A stretch of DNA of 64,000 bases, taken from positions 95,837 to 159,836 of the IMG/VR virus record IMGVR_UViG_3300040801_002079, one strand, 5' to 3'. This document shows positions 25,665-35,133 of the stretch, piece by piece. The notes under the pieces were generated by a model. It was not told the origin of the DNA. It ran no database searches and saw only the letters and a program-made list of their open reading frames with translations. The number at the start of each line of letters is the position of its first letter. Within the stretch, counting starts at the first letter, position 1. The translations under genes and the position numbers were made by a program. The stretch comes from a virus.

Positions 25665-26456
25665 ATGAATAAATGGCATGATGACATAACCCCCTCCGAC
25701 CTAACATTCACAGGTATGAATACGACTGAATTTGCTCGTAGCTCCCTGCTTACCCGACTGTTAAGCGATCTATCAAATCGTAAAATATCACTTGGTGTAT
25801 CGCATGGGACAGTGGTTGATACCTTTTCTGTATTGACTCAAAATGAAGATGTGCCAAACATTATAGAACATTTAATGGTTGATATGCTTGCCACTTTAAT
25901 TTGTGAAAATCCCAAATTTATAGAGGATTATATTGAAGCAAATATCGGCAGAAAATTGCAGAAGGCGGCGTTAGAAGAAATTGCAGGGAAGTTTGAGATA
26001 GATGATCTGAAAAAAGAACCCCCTTTTCCCTTTAATTCACCATGGTCCAATGAGCTTAATAAATTAAAAAATGAACAATTTAATTTTTGGTGGGATTATG
26101 AAGATGATGAGGTTGTCATATTTGCGGAATATGCGGGCATAGATGGTGAAATATGTCGAATATTTTTCGAGGATGAATATGAACAACAGGATGCTGAGAA
26201 TGAAGCTGAACGCATCATACAGAAATTATATAATGATGAAGTAAACATCGGAGATTTCATTAAGTCCGATCAATCTTTAATATTAGTCGATGATTTGCCA
26301 GAATATATTAAGAGTTGGATTAATCGCTCTAGTACGATGTTTTCATCAGGATCAGATGATTATTTGGTGTGGGATTCTACTAATGCATCATCTTATTCTA
26401 AATTAACTGCCGTTACTACCTCAGCAACAGGATATACTAAATGGTGGAACCCATGA
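25665..26456 (+). CDS. hypothetical protein
   Basis: ORF track, 263 aa. Confidence 0.55.
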   Translation: MNKWHDDITPSDLTFTGMNTTEFARSSLLTRLLSDLSNRKISLGVSHGTVVDTFSVLTQNEDVPNIIEHLMVDMLATLICENPKFIEDYIEANIGRKLQKAALEEIAGKFEIDDLKKEPPFPFNSPWSNELNKLKNEQFNFWWDYEDDEVVIFAEYAGIDGEICRIFFEDEYEQQDAENEAERIIQKLYNDEVNIGDFIKSDQSLILVDDLPEYIKSWINRSSTMFSSGSDDYLVWDSTNASSYSKLTAVTTSATGYTKWWNP

Positions 26457-26590
26457 TAGGCTCAGAATATATTTGTGAAATACATGGTAAGTATATACAA
26501 GAGGGTGAATCAAAGGAATGCCCTGTTTGTGAATATTACAAGTACACCAATTTCCCGGAAGAATATGAGTGGGATGAAGAGGAAGACTAA
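26453..26590 (+). CDS. Zn-ribbon small protein (45 aa)
   Basis: CEIHG...CPVCEY; ATGA overlap; under cutoff. Confidence 0.35.
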   Translation: MIGSEYICEIHGKYIQEGESKECPVCEYYKYTNFPEEYEWDEEED

Positions 26591-26830
26591 ATGTACATGA
26601 AAGAAGTTTTTAGAGTGTTCGATATTGTCATTGAAGACTGTCCCGCCCATCTGAGCCTGACTCAAGCTGTGTGGGCTGCGCATAATCACCTTCAGACAAT
26701 AGATGGTGCATCGGTTGAGTGGTCTCCTTCTACCCCATCTACAATACGTTTACGATTTGAGGAACATGTTAGTGCCCACAATGTGATGCTTGATATTATA
26801 GATGAACTATCATCAATGGGTTATAAATAG
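26591..26830 (+). CDS. hypothetical protein
   Basis: ORF track, 79 aa. Confidence 0.5.
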   Translation: MYMKEVFRVFDIVIEDCPAHLSLTQAVWAAHNHLQTIDGASVEWSPSTPSTIRLRFEEHVSAHNVMLDIIDELSSMGYK

Positions 26831-27059
26831 TTGTATGATTGATTTTGATTTCAAATTCAGATGGTTCAGGCTACTATATGTTGGCGTTATTTCGGCAACC
26901 ATATTTTTCTTTTATGGGTGGATTCCAGCCGCGTTATGTATGCTTACCGTTATAGATATTAATTTTGATGAAGACCTATTTAAAGTTGAATCTTCCGATG
27001 AAGATGATTTAGTCGATTTATTAAATGAAGATGATCGGGGATACGGACCCAACTCGTAA
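26802..27059 (+). CDS. membrane protein
   Basis: ORF track, 85 aa. Confidence 0.45.
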   Translation: MNYHQWVINSCMIDFDFKFRWFRLLYVGVISATIFFFYGWIPAALCMLTVIDINFDEDLFKVESSDEDDLVDLLNEDDRGYGPNS

Positions 27060-27280
27060 TGGTTTTTACTCAACTGCTCTTACTTTCCGTTCTTATAATG
27101 TTAGTAGGAGCACTAGCCCCATTAGGACTTTTTCATTTATTACCAGCCGCTTTTAGTAATATCTTAGGTTTTGTAGGAATAATGACCATATCCATTGGAC
27201 TTATAGTTTATGGTGTGTTATTATATGCTTCAACATTGCAGATTTTATTTAAGAGATTAGGTTGGATAAAAAATGGATAA
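27059..27280 (+). CDS. small membrane protein
   Basis: ORF track, 73 aa. Confidence 0.5.
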   Translation: MVFTQLLLLSVLIMLVGALAPLGLFHLLPAAFSNILGFVGIMTISIGLIVYGVLLYASTLQILFKRLGWIKNG

Positions 27281-28001
27281 AACAAATTTAGGTGACCGCA
27301 TGAAAGGCTATGAGGTTGTACCACGAGTGCAACTGATGCGCCGTACACCTGTTATTATGCGATTAGATGGAAAGGCGTTTCATACTTATACTCGTCATGA
27401 ACTGTATAATGATGAAGGAGCGTTCAGTAATCGCTTAAAGGAAATCTTTGCTAACTCCGTGTTCAGCCTGATTCAAGAAATTCAGGGTGCCGCGTTTGCA
27501 TATTTGCAATCAGATGAAGTTTCCATCTTAATTACTGATTGGAAAAAGTTAACGACCCACGCATGGTTTAATTATAACACTCAAAAAATCACAAGTGTTG
27601 CGGCATCAATGTTCACATACTTCTTCAACGAAGAGGCTCGAATGAGAGGCATTGAGTCTCCAGCATTTTTTGATGCAAGAGCGTTCAATCTGCCTTTTGA
27701 AGAAGTTACAAATTATTTCATCTGGCGACAACAGGATGCAACCAGAAATAGCATTCAGATGCTGGGAAGGGAATACTTTTCCCACAAGGAATTAAATGGT
27801 AAAAATGTGTCTAATATTCAGGACATGTTAATGAATGTGCATGGAGTAAACTGGAATGATATTCCGACTTGGCACAAGCGAGGGTTTGCTATTAAGTCAT
27901 TTTTACATGAAGATCGTAGAACTTTTGGAATCGATCCCGAAATTCCAGTGTTTACAAAGAATAGAGGGTATATAGAAAAACATCTTGTATTTGAAGATTA
28001 G
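27273..28001 (+). CDS. Thg1-like protein (tRNA-His guanylyltransferase family 3'-5' nucleotidyltransferase)
   Basis: IMRLDGKAFHTYT, AYLQSDEVSIL, NYFIWRQQDATRN match Thg1/TLP conserved blocks. Confidence 0.65.
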   Translation: MDKTNLGDRMKGYEVVPRVQLMRRTPVIMRLDGKAFHTYTRHELYNDEGAFSNRLKEIFANSVFSLIQEIQGAAFAYLQSDEVSILITDWKKLTTHAWFNYNTQKITSVAASMFTYFFNEEARMRGIESPAFFDARAFNLPFEEVTNYFIWRQQDATRNSIQMLGREYFSHKELNGKNVSNIQDMLMNVHGVNWNDIPTWHKRGFAIKSFLHEDRRTFGIDPEIPVFTKNRGYIEKHLVFED

Positions 28002-28020
28002 ATAAATACAAGTAGTAAAT

Positions 28021-28221
28021 TTGAAAATAACGCTGGCTAGGGAATTCTCTAGCCAGTGCTATTATGGGAGAACTGAAATGTTCAAAAAACTTAAATTAAA
28101 TCATTACGTTAGCGATTATTTTTGGGAAGATGTGAAGAACCTATCCATTACTTTGCTAATTGTCATCGTTATTGGTGGGGCTTGCACCCTAGCAATTTAT
28201 CATCCGTACATTATTGATTGA
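28021..28221 (+). CDS. small membrane protein
   Basis: ORF track, 66 aa (start may be an internal Met). Confidence 0.4.
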   Translation: MKITLAREFSSQCYYGRTEMFKKLKLNHYVSDYFWEDVKNLSITLLIVIVIGGACTLAIYHPYIID

Positions 28222-28246
28222 CACAGATCAATTTATTTGGTAAAGT
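28218..28246 (+). promoter_or_regulatory. sigma70-type promoter (TTGACA-N17-TAAAGT)
   Basis: Consensus -35, weaker -10; precedes gene 28276. Confidence 0.35.
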
Positions 28247-28275
28247 ATTAAAACTTTCACTCAATAGGTAAGACT

Positions 28276-28890
28276 ATGAAAATTTTATTTTTGTCGATAT
28301 GGCTATCGGCTGCGTATTTTTTATACTCAATTCCTTACGAGGATTATATCATCGAAGAGGATTTGGTTCCCGTGTCTGATGCGGAACTCAATCTTCCTGT
28401 TCGTAAAGTTCCACCCAAGGTGGGGCTAGAACCTCTTTTTTCTGAAAGCGAGGTTTTGTGTCTGCAACAAAACATATTTTTTGAAGCCCGCAATCAGGGC
28501 TACGAAGCTAAGATCGCAGTCGCATGGGTTACTTTAAACCGAGTTAACCACTCTCGCCATGCAAATGATATATGCGGGGTAGTGAAACACGCTATCTATA
28601 AAAATGGTTTGCCGGTTAAAAATCGATGTGCATTTAGTTGGTTCTGTGATCGAAAGCCAGATCGTCCATCAAATAATAAAATAGAATTACGTGCATGGGA
28701 CGAAGCCGGATATATTGCGCGAAAATTTTTAATGAATTGTTTAGATGGTAAAACGGAGTTGTGCCCGGAAGACCCCACTCACGGGGCAACATTTTATTTT
28801 AACCCAACTTTAGCTGATCCACACTGGAAAAATGTAAAGGTTAAAACTGTGGCTATCGATGATCACGTTTTTTATCGATATAATGATTAA
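28276..28890 (+). CDS. SleB-like cell-wall hydrolase (Hydrolase_2 family) with N-terminal TM/signal anchor
   Basis: FFEARNQGYEAKIAVAWVTLNRV...CGVV resembles the SleB/CwlJ family. Confidence 0.5.
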   Translation: MKILFLSIWLSAAYFLYSIPYEDYIIEEDLVPVSDAELNLPVRKVPPKVGLEPLFSESEVLCLQQNIFFEARNQGYEAKIAVAWVTLNRVNHSRHANDICGVVKHAIYKNGLPVKNRCAFSWFCDRKPDRPSNNKIELRAWDEAGYIARKFLMNCLDGKTELCPEDPTHGATFYFNPTLADPHWKNVKVKTVAIDDHVFYRYND

Positions 28891-28894
28891 AATG

Positions 28895-29104
28895 CTATGA
28901 ATTGAAATCTTTGACCTTATTGGCTTCAAGTATTTCAAATAACTCAAACACATTCAATGATACCAACGTGCTACCACCAACTCTTTTTACTAAAAAGAAG
29001 GGTACAGGTTTAGCGTCAAACAGCATGTATATGTTTGCAGAAGTCCCATCTAAAAGTGGGAATGATTTGCCAACCAAATCATTTAGATTAATATACTCAT
29101 CCAT
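28895..29104 (-). CDS. hypothetical protein
   Basis: Track minus ORF, 69 aa, preferred over the low-complexity plus ORF 28902..29159. Confidence 0.4.
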   Translation of the reverse strand: MDEYINLNDLVGKSFPLLDGTSANIYMLFDAKPVPFFLVKRVGGSTLVSLNVFELFEILEANKVKDFNS

Positions 29105-29106
29105 TA

Positions 29107-29135
29107 TTGTATTTAGTGTTATTTTGAGGTATAAT
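29107..29135 (+). promoter_or_regulatory. sigma70-type promoter (TTGTAT-N17-TATAAT)
   Basis: -10 overlaps the first ATG (29134), so translation likely starts at ATG 29143 (7 nt after the -10). Confidence 0.5.
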
Positions 29136-29142
29136 GTTTCAT

Positions 29143-29646
29143 ATGAACATTTTAAGTGAAAAATGGTGCGTTAGATTTTTACATCTGGCGAGAACTGTAT
29201 CTAGATGGTCTAAGGACCCCTCAACTCAGGTTGGGGCGGTTATTACATCTATGGAAGGTGATCCTATATCTTTTGGATATAATGGATTCCCAAAGGGTGT
29301 GAGAGAATCTGATGAACGCCTAGAGCGTCCACAAAAATATGATTTCTCTGAACATGCCGAAAGGAATGCAATATACCTTTCACGGAGAGACTTACGGGAT
29401 ATGGTCATGTATGTGACCTGTTTGCCATGCTGCGACTGTGCCAGAGCTATTATACAATCAGGAATAAACATTCTAGTAGTAGATGGTGAGTATCAAAAGA
29501 CGATAAGGGCTGGAAGCTCTATTTTAACGCCAGATTTTAAACGTCAAAAGGAAAATTCAAGAATCATGCTGGAAGAAGCAGGGGTTCAGATTATAGAAAA
29601 GTTTACAGCTAATGATATTACTAAATGGGAGAATATAAATGGCTAA
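29143..29646 (+). CDS. dCMP deaminase
   Basis: HAERNAI ... TCLPCCDCARAI (zinc-binding deaminase motifs). Confidence 0.65.
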   Translation: MNILSEKWCVRFLHLARTVSRWSKDPSTQVGAVITSMEGDPISFGYNGFPKGVRESDERLERPQKYDFSEHAERNAIYLSRRDLRDMVMYVTCLPCCDCARAIIQSGINILVVDGEYQKTIRAGSSILTPDFKRQKENSRIMLEEAGVQIIEKFTANDITKWENING

Positions 29647-30160
29647 AGGTAAGAACAGTAAGAAAAAGAAAGAAGTGATTGAAGATGTGGAAGAAGTGAT
29701 CAGTGATGTGGTTGAAGAGATAACGGCTGAAACCAAATTTGTTGATAATTCATTTGCTGAATGCATTGCGAGTATTACCAGAATTCCATCTGAACTTTTC
29801 GGTGATATTCATGCAAACATTGACCGTGTTGGAGTTGAAGAATGGCATAAGCCATACATTGAGGTTTTGAAACACCACGGCTATGATATGATATTCTTTG
29901 AGTATAATCCGGCTGAACCCATTGGTGGGGACAAGAAGCTTGAAAACATTATGTTTGAGCGTCTTCCCACCGGTAAGTGCATCATGATGGGGCGTGATTC
30001 GGTTCACAACTTTAAGAGTGTTACGGCAATTATTAATGACAAACACTTAGCTAAGGTTGTATTTGATCCAGCACCCAATGCATCGTTTGTTGAATTGTCA
30101 CATGTCGGGTTCTTTATTAGAACGTTTATGGAAAGTTCTACTGAAGCCGATGGTTCTTAA
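29639..30160 (+). CDS. hypothetical protein
   Basis: ORF track, 173 aa. Confidence 0.55.
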   Translation: MAKGKNSKKKKEVIEDVEEVISDVVEEITAETKFVDNSFAECIASITRIPSELFGDIHANIDRVGVEEWHKPYIEVLKHHGYDMIFFEYNPAEPIGGDKKLENIMFERLPTGKCIMMGRDSVHNFKSVTAIINDKHLAKVVFDPAPNASFVELSHVGFFIRTFMESSTEADGS

Positions 30161-30536
30161 TCAAACATCTTATAACAAAGCATTTAATCTGCGAATCAAT
30201 GAATGTTTGCAGAGTGTGGCACACTCATATGGGAATATTTTAGATATTCCCCGCAAAGCCGATATTATTTTTAATTATGAATTTATTAAAAAGGATTGGC
30301 TGGCAGCAGCGAGTGTTGACCCAAATGCTAAAGTTACTCAAAGCATCATATCCTTCAACCCTCTATATGTAGAAGAGTATTTTGATGAATTTATAGAAGA
30401 TATTATTCCCCATGAGTTATCACACATTATTTGTTTTTTAAATAGATTAGATGATGGGCATGGGAAAAACTGGAAAACATTGTGTCGTGAAATGGGCGGC
30501 ACCGGGGAAGAATTTCATAGGATCAGATACGCATGA
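30150..30536 (+). CDS. SprT-like zinc metalloprotease domain protein (putative)
   Basis: IPHELSHIICF ... HGKNW; start chosen at ATG 30150 within track ORF 30057..30536. Confidence 0.4.
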   Translation: MVLNQTSYNKAFNLRINECLQSVAHSYGNILDIPRKADIIFNYEFIKKDWLAAASVDPNAKVTQSIISFNPLYVEEYFDEFIEDIIPHELSHIICFLNRLDDGHGKNWKTLCREMGGTGEEFHRIRYA

Positions 30537-31270
30537 TTTATGCTATTGGTGACATTCATGGAACATATGTAAAACTGATACGCCTGTATCAGAAGATTAT
30601 GCTTCATATGAAATACAACGGGGTGAAACGAGCCACGATCATCTTTTTGGGTGATTATGTTGATCGCGGTCCACACCCACATAAAGTATTTGATTTCCTT
30701 ATGAATTTGAAAGATACTGATGAAATTAAGCACATCTTTTTAAAGGGAAATCACGAGGATATGATGATTCATGCTTATGATGGAGCAGACTATAAAGTAT
30801 GGGTTGCTAATGGTGGGAGAGATACATTAAATGCTTTTGACATTGGCTATCCTGAAGACTTTGTTGGCAATGAAGAAGTAAAGCCCTATATTGATTGGTG
30901 CCGACAACTTGATGTTATGCATGTTGTGGGTAAATATATTTTTGTTCATGGCGGATATGACCCAAAGCGTCCACCAAACGATCAAAAAGATGAAGTTTTA
31001 ATGTGGAAAAGAAGCACTCCTTACATGGATGGGAGAGAGTATGAAACGTGCGATTACACTATAGTGCATGGACATACTCCACATAAGGAACCCAAGATGT
31101 ATAAAAATGAAATCAATGTTGATACATTTGCATATTATGATGGGCCTCTTACAGCAGTTGCTATACCGGAAGATATTACCCAGTATAATGCTGATGACAT
31201 TTATGGTATGACAGATGATTGTTTCAATAAGGTAACCAATAATACTATTGAGTTCTTGACGGCTCAATAG
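30533..31270 (+). CDS. Ser/Thr protein phosphatase (metallophosphoesterase, lambda-PPase-like)
   Basis: GDIHG, GDYVDRG, GNHE motifs. Confidence 0.65.
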   Translation: MIYAIGDIHGTYVKLIRLYQKIMLHMKYNGVKRATIIFLGDYVDRGPHPHKVFDFLMNLKDTDEIKHIFLKGNHEDMMIHAYDGADYKVWVANGGRDTLNAFDIGYPEDFVGNEEVKPYIDWCRQLDVMHVVGKYIFVHGGYDPKRPPNDQKDEVLMWKRSTPYMDGREYETCDYTIVHGHTPHKEPKMYKNEINVDTFAYYDGPLTAVAIPEDITQYNADDIYGMTDDCFNKVTNNTIEFLTAQ

Positions 31271-31319
31271 GGATTATGATATAGTTCAATCTCATTTAAC
31301 GCAAACAGGAGAAAATTAA

Positions 31320-32684
31320 ATGAATGAAGTAAGCACAGGTTTTAATATTTGGCTGGTTCTCGTTCCCCTCATTTTGGTTGGTGGCGTAGTAATCTGGCTA
31401 GGATTATCGAAATGGCTGCGTGTCGCCGTCAAACCCAATGAAGTACATATTGTTCAATCATCAAACAAACGTGTTTCGTATGGCGGTGATGGTTCCGCTA
31501 AAAACGTTTATTGGCGCTGGCCCGAGTGGGTCCCCATTTTGGGTGTTGAAGTAATTGAGTTACCTCTTTCCGTATTTGATCTTGATCTTCCTAATTATGA
31601 AGCATACGATCAGGACAAAGTACCCTTTATGGTTGATGTAAAGGCGTTCTTCCGCATTATGGATTCCCGCATTGCATCAGAGCGAGTAGAAAACATGCAT
31701 GAACTTAATGAACAGTTGCTTGCGATTGTTCAGGGTACTATTCGTAAGGTTCTTGCCATGCATGATGTTGAAAAGATCATGGTTGATCGTGCAACTTTTG
31801 GCGAACTCTTTACAGAAGAGACCACTGAGAGTCTTGCAGCATGGGGTGTTGAAAATGTCAAGAACATTGAACTCATGGATGTTCGTGACGCTAAAGGCTC
31901 TGAAACCATCTCTAACATCATGGCAAAGCGTGAATCTTTTATTGAGAAAGAATCTCGCATTGAAGTAGCCGAAAACCGTAAAGCAGCCGCCCAGAAAGAA
32001 ATTGAAGCACAGCGTGAAGTTGATATTTCCGAACAGGAAGCTGAACAAAAGGTTGGTGAGCGCACTGCCGAAAAAACCAAGATGGTTGGTATTGCTGAAG
32101 AAATGGCTCAGCAGGAAATTAAAGAGCAAGCCCGTGTTACTGCCGAGAAAGATATGGCGGTTAAAAAGGTTAACGATGTCAGAACTGCTGAAATTAATAG
32201 AGAGGTTCGTGTGGTTCAGGCAGACGAAGCCAAGCAGGTTGACATTGTTGAATCCGAAGGTAAGAAGCAAGAAGCTATCATCGTTGCTGAAGGTATGAAG
32301 GAATCTGAATTCTTACGAGCAATGGGTATTGAAAAGGTTGGTAACGCGGAGGCTGAGGCCATTAAAGCTAAGGGTCTTGCAGAAGTTGCGCCCGATATCC
32401 GTCTTGCCGAAGAGATTGGTGAAAATGAAGGATATCAGGAATACCTTGTTAAAATTCGTGTTCAGGATAAAGAACAAGCGGTTGGTGAAGAAGCTGCAAG
32501 AGCACTCCAAACTGGTGATCTTAAAATTATCGCCAATGCTGGAGATGTTAATGGCGGCATGAATAGCCTGCTTGATATCTTTTCTTCAAAGGGTGGAACT
32601 AACCTTGGTGCAGCGTTAGAGGGTCTTGCTCAAACTGAAGTCGGTGGGGCACTTCTCAATAAGGTGACTGGAACCAAGGATTGA
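31320..32684 (+). CDS. SPFH/band-7 (flotillin-like) membrane protein
   Basis: N-terminal TM, SPFH-like core, long Ala/Glu/Lys coiled-coil C-terminus. Confidence 0.6.
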   Translation: MNEVSTGFNIWLVLVPLILVGGVVIWLGLSKWLRVAVKPNEVHIVQSSNKRVSYGGDGSAKNVYWRWPEWVPILGVEVIELPLSVFDLDLPNYEAYDQDKVPFMVDVKAFFRIMDSRIASERVENMHELNEQLLAIVQGTIRKVLAMHDVEKIMVDRATFGELFTEETTESLAAWGVENVKNIELMDVRDAKGSETISNIMAKRESFIEKESRIEVAENRKAAAQKEIEAQREVDISEQEAEQKVGERTAEKTKMVGIAEEMAQQEIKEQARVTAEKDMAVKKVNDVRTAEINREVRVVQADEAKQVDIVESEGKKQEAIIVAEGMKESEFLRAMGIEKVGNAEAEAIKAKGLAEVAPDIRLAEEIGENEGYQEYLVKIRVQDKEQAVGEEAARALQTGDLKIIANAGDVNGGMNSLLDIFSSKGGTNLGAALEGLAQTEVGGALLNKVTGTKD

Positions 32685-32707
32685 TTTAATCCCACCAGTA
32701 TGATATA

Positions 32708-32741
32708 AAAGAACCCTCGCTTATGCGGGGGTTTCTTTTTG
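32708..32741 (+). terminator. rho-independent terminator
   Basis: GAACCCTCGC-TTAT-GCGGGGGTTTC followed by TTTTT. Confidence 0.6.
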
Positions 32742-32750
32742 GAGAAGAAT

Positions 32751-33533
32751 ATGAAATGGGTAATACAGGATAATTTATACAATGAAGATGGGTACGTTAG
32801 ATTTATTGAAGCATTGGACAATCAAAAACAGGATTACGAGGTTGTAAAGGTTGTCCCATTCGCTCATGAATTAATTCCAGATATAGACTTAAACTATAGG
32901 CCCATCTTGGTCATGGGGTCAGACTCTCTTATTGCTGCTGCACAGAAGAAGAACTGGTACCCCGGTGCTTTCACCAATCCCGTTACATTCCACCAGAGTA
33001 TGTGGAACAGAAAACTTGGGATTAACATGCTCAATTATGATGCGCAGATTGTAAAGTTCGGGGATGTTCGTGCCCCTAATGATAGCGAAGAGTTTTTTAT
33101 TAGACCAGCATTGGATTTTAAAATTTTTGCTGGAACGGTAATAGATGCTGATAGTTTTGAAAAATGGCAAGAAAAGGCTGTTGCCTATGGGGACACATTA
33201 AATGCGGATACAGAAGTCGTAATCGCTTCACCGAAAGTAATTTATGAGGAATATAGATTCTTTGTTGTGAATTTCAAAATTGTTACTGCATCCCGTTATA
33301 AGATAGGCAATAGAGTTAAACCGGACACCGAGGTTCCATCAGAGGCGGTTCAGTTTGTTACCGATATGACTAACTATTGGAACCCAGATATTGCATACGT
33401 CATTGATGTTGCCAAGACTCCAAAGGGGTTTAAAGTGATTGAATATAACTGCATTAATGCGTCAGGATTTTATGCATGTGACTGTGAAAAAATTGTTTCT
33501 GCATTGTACGAGCAAGTTCGCTGGTTGAAATAA
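32751..33533 (+). CDS. ATP-grasp-like domain protein (putative)
   Basis: Blocks FFIRPALDFKIF, EEYRFFVV, VIEYNCINASG resemble the ATP-grasp fold; ATG within track ORF 32739..33533. Confidence 0.4.
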   Translation: MKWVIQDNLYNEDGYVRFIEALDNQKQDYEVVKVVPFAHELIPDIDLNYRPILVMGSDSLIAAAQKKNWYPGAFTNPVTFHQSMWNRKLGINMLNYDAQIVKFGDVRAPNDSEEFFIRPALDFKIFAGTVIDADSFEKWQEKAVAYGDTLNADTEVVIASPKVIYEEYRFFVVNFKIVTASRYKIGNRVKPDTEVPSEAVQFVTDMTNYWNPDIAYVIDVAKTPKGFKVIEYNCINASGFYACDCEKIVSALYEQVRWLK

Positions 33534-33541
33534 ATACTGGT

Positions 33542-34036
33542 ATGAAACTTAATGAAATTGCGTCCAGTCGAGCATTAAAAACAAAAAAAGGTAGCCTCAT
33601 TAAACGCTCCAAGTTTGGAGTTGGGAAACTTATTGGTGGGTACCTCTATCTACATAGAAATTACATCAATGATTTGCCTCCGGAGTTAAAACAAAAAATT
33701 ATTGCAGCCGAAGAATATCTTGATGGGTTCGAATATAATACAGTTAAGGTTGGGTTAAAAAATGATGTTGTAACATTTATAAATTCATCAGATTTTGATG
33801 AATCCCCGGAACCCACTGTAGGCAAATATGTTTCAATAAATTCATCGGGTGATACTAAAACCGGTTCCAGTAATGCAATCTGGCATCATAAATGGCTATG
33901 GGTCAAGGATGATTATCAGGGATTTGATGTGGAGGATTCATTTGAGCGATCCAAGAAATATCTGGAAATGGACATAGATTTCTCTAGAATAGGTAATAAA
34001 ACATTTTGGGAGGACAACTATGCCAACAAACTATAA
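33542..34036 (+). CDS. hypothetical protein
   Basis: ORF track, 164 aa. Confidence 0.5.
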   Translation: MKLNEIASSRALKTKKGSLIKRSKFGVGKLIGGYLYLHRNYINDLPPELKQKIIAAEEYLDGFEYNTVKVGLKNDVVTFINSSDFDESPEPTVGKYVSINSSGDTKTGSSNAIWHHKWLWVKDDYQGFDVEDSFERSKKYLEMDIDFSRIGNKTFWEDNYANKL

Positions 34037-34739
34037 CCCATATACCCCACAGGCAGTCTCTGAGTGGCATCAAGAGCTTTCTAAACATGTCGGATGGCAT
34101 GTACGTCATGTCGTAGATTATTTCCTAGACAGGGGCTTCACAGAGATTAAGATGATTGATGTTGGATGCTGCACTGGAAGGCTGGTTGAGCTAATGAATG
34201 AGCGTATAACCATTTCTGATGCAATCCTCATTGATGCCATATCCGAATTAACAGATCATGCAAAATCAATATTCGGGGACAAATACAAATATGAAACCAC
34301 TGTTCTTGGAAACAAAATAGGAGTAACGGACATTACTTTGCCTCAGCCAACAAACGGCGCTGTAAACTTAGGGGGAGCAACTGCACGAAAACAGGCAAAC
34401 GATGTTCGCCCCAATGTCCCCATAAATACATTTGACGCACTATGGAAAGAGAAGTACATGGGGTTTGAACCCAACCTAATCAAAATAGATGCTGAAGGTT
34501 TGGATATAGATGTTATAGAAGGTATGAGGGAATTCTTAACATCTCTGGATACCAAGCCCCTCATTGTTTATGAGATAGCGGGCATAAATATGTCTGAAGA
34601 CGAAGTTGATGAGGTATATGATAGGCTTTCATTTTTAACCGAAATGGGATATGAGCCAATCTGGGAAGATTCCCTAGCTCCGAAGAAATGTTGTGACTTA
34701 GTAATAGGTATTAAAGATGAAATTGAAACAATTATATGA
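34020..34739 (+). CDS. FkbM-family methyltransferase
   Basis: MIDVGCCTGR ... LIKIDAEGLDIDVIEGMREFL. Confidence 0.55.
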   Translation: MPTNYNPYTPQAVSEWHQELSKHVGWHVRHVVDYFLDRGFTEIKMIDVGCCTGRLVELMNERITISDAILIDAISELTDHAKSIFGDKYKYETTVLGNKIGVTDITLPQPTNGAVNLGGATARKQANDVRPNVPINTFDALWKEKYMGFEPNLIKIDAEGLDIDVIEGMREFLTSLDTKPLIVYEIAGINMSEDEVDEVYDRLSFLTEMGYEPIWEDSLAPKKCCDLVIGIKDEIETII

Positions 34740-35121
34740 AGCGGATTTAAATTGGGCTACACGGGATAATGCTCAGCGTCCCGGAAACTTTGATGATAAA
34801 AATTATGTACTATTAATGGTTAACATTAAAGACACTTTTGACAATGGACACTCTGGTTTCAAATTAGATGTTGAAGATGAAAAAGGTGGACCCAATGCAA
34901 TTGGTGATAGGTTGACCAAAGCTAAGGCACATTTTGAACAAGGGAAGCCCATGGACTATCCCGAAGTTGCATACAATCTATCAACAAAAACAGTAGATTA
35001 TACCAATGGTAGACATCGTGCGGTTGCAGCATATCAAATGGGTAAATGGTTTATTCCTATGTTCGTATCAAAAGATGGGCTTCACAAATTCAAAGAGGTT
35101 GTAAGAACCCTTCCAATCTGA
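34717..35121 (+). CDS. ParB/Srx-like domain protein (putative)
   Basis: TNGRHRAVAAYQMG resembles the ParB N-domain DGxHR motif; weak. Confidence 0.35.
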   Translation: MKLKQLYEADLNWATRDNAQRPGNFDDKNYVLLMVNIKDTFDNGHSGFKLDVEDEKGGPNAIGDRLTKAKAHFEQGKPMDYPEVAYNLSTKTVDYTNGRHRAVAAYQMGKWFIPMFVSKDGLHKFKEVVRTLPI

Positions 35122-35127
35122 TATAAT
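35099..35127 (+). promoter_or_regulatory. sigma70-type promoter (TTGTAA-N17-TATAAT) 6 nt upstream of ATG 35134
   Basis: Read directly. Confidence 0.45.
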
Positions 35128-35133
35128 CACATC

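Noticed and set aside
31677-32562. Several plus and minus ORFs inside the SPFH/flotillin gene (31677..32270, 31730..32080, 32002..32298, 32313..32510, 32329..32562)
   Set aside because: All are alternative frames of the Ala/Glu/Lys coiled-coil coding region. The low-complexity K/L/R or F/L/N-rich products are typical frame artefacts.
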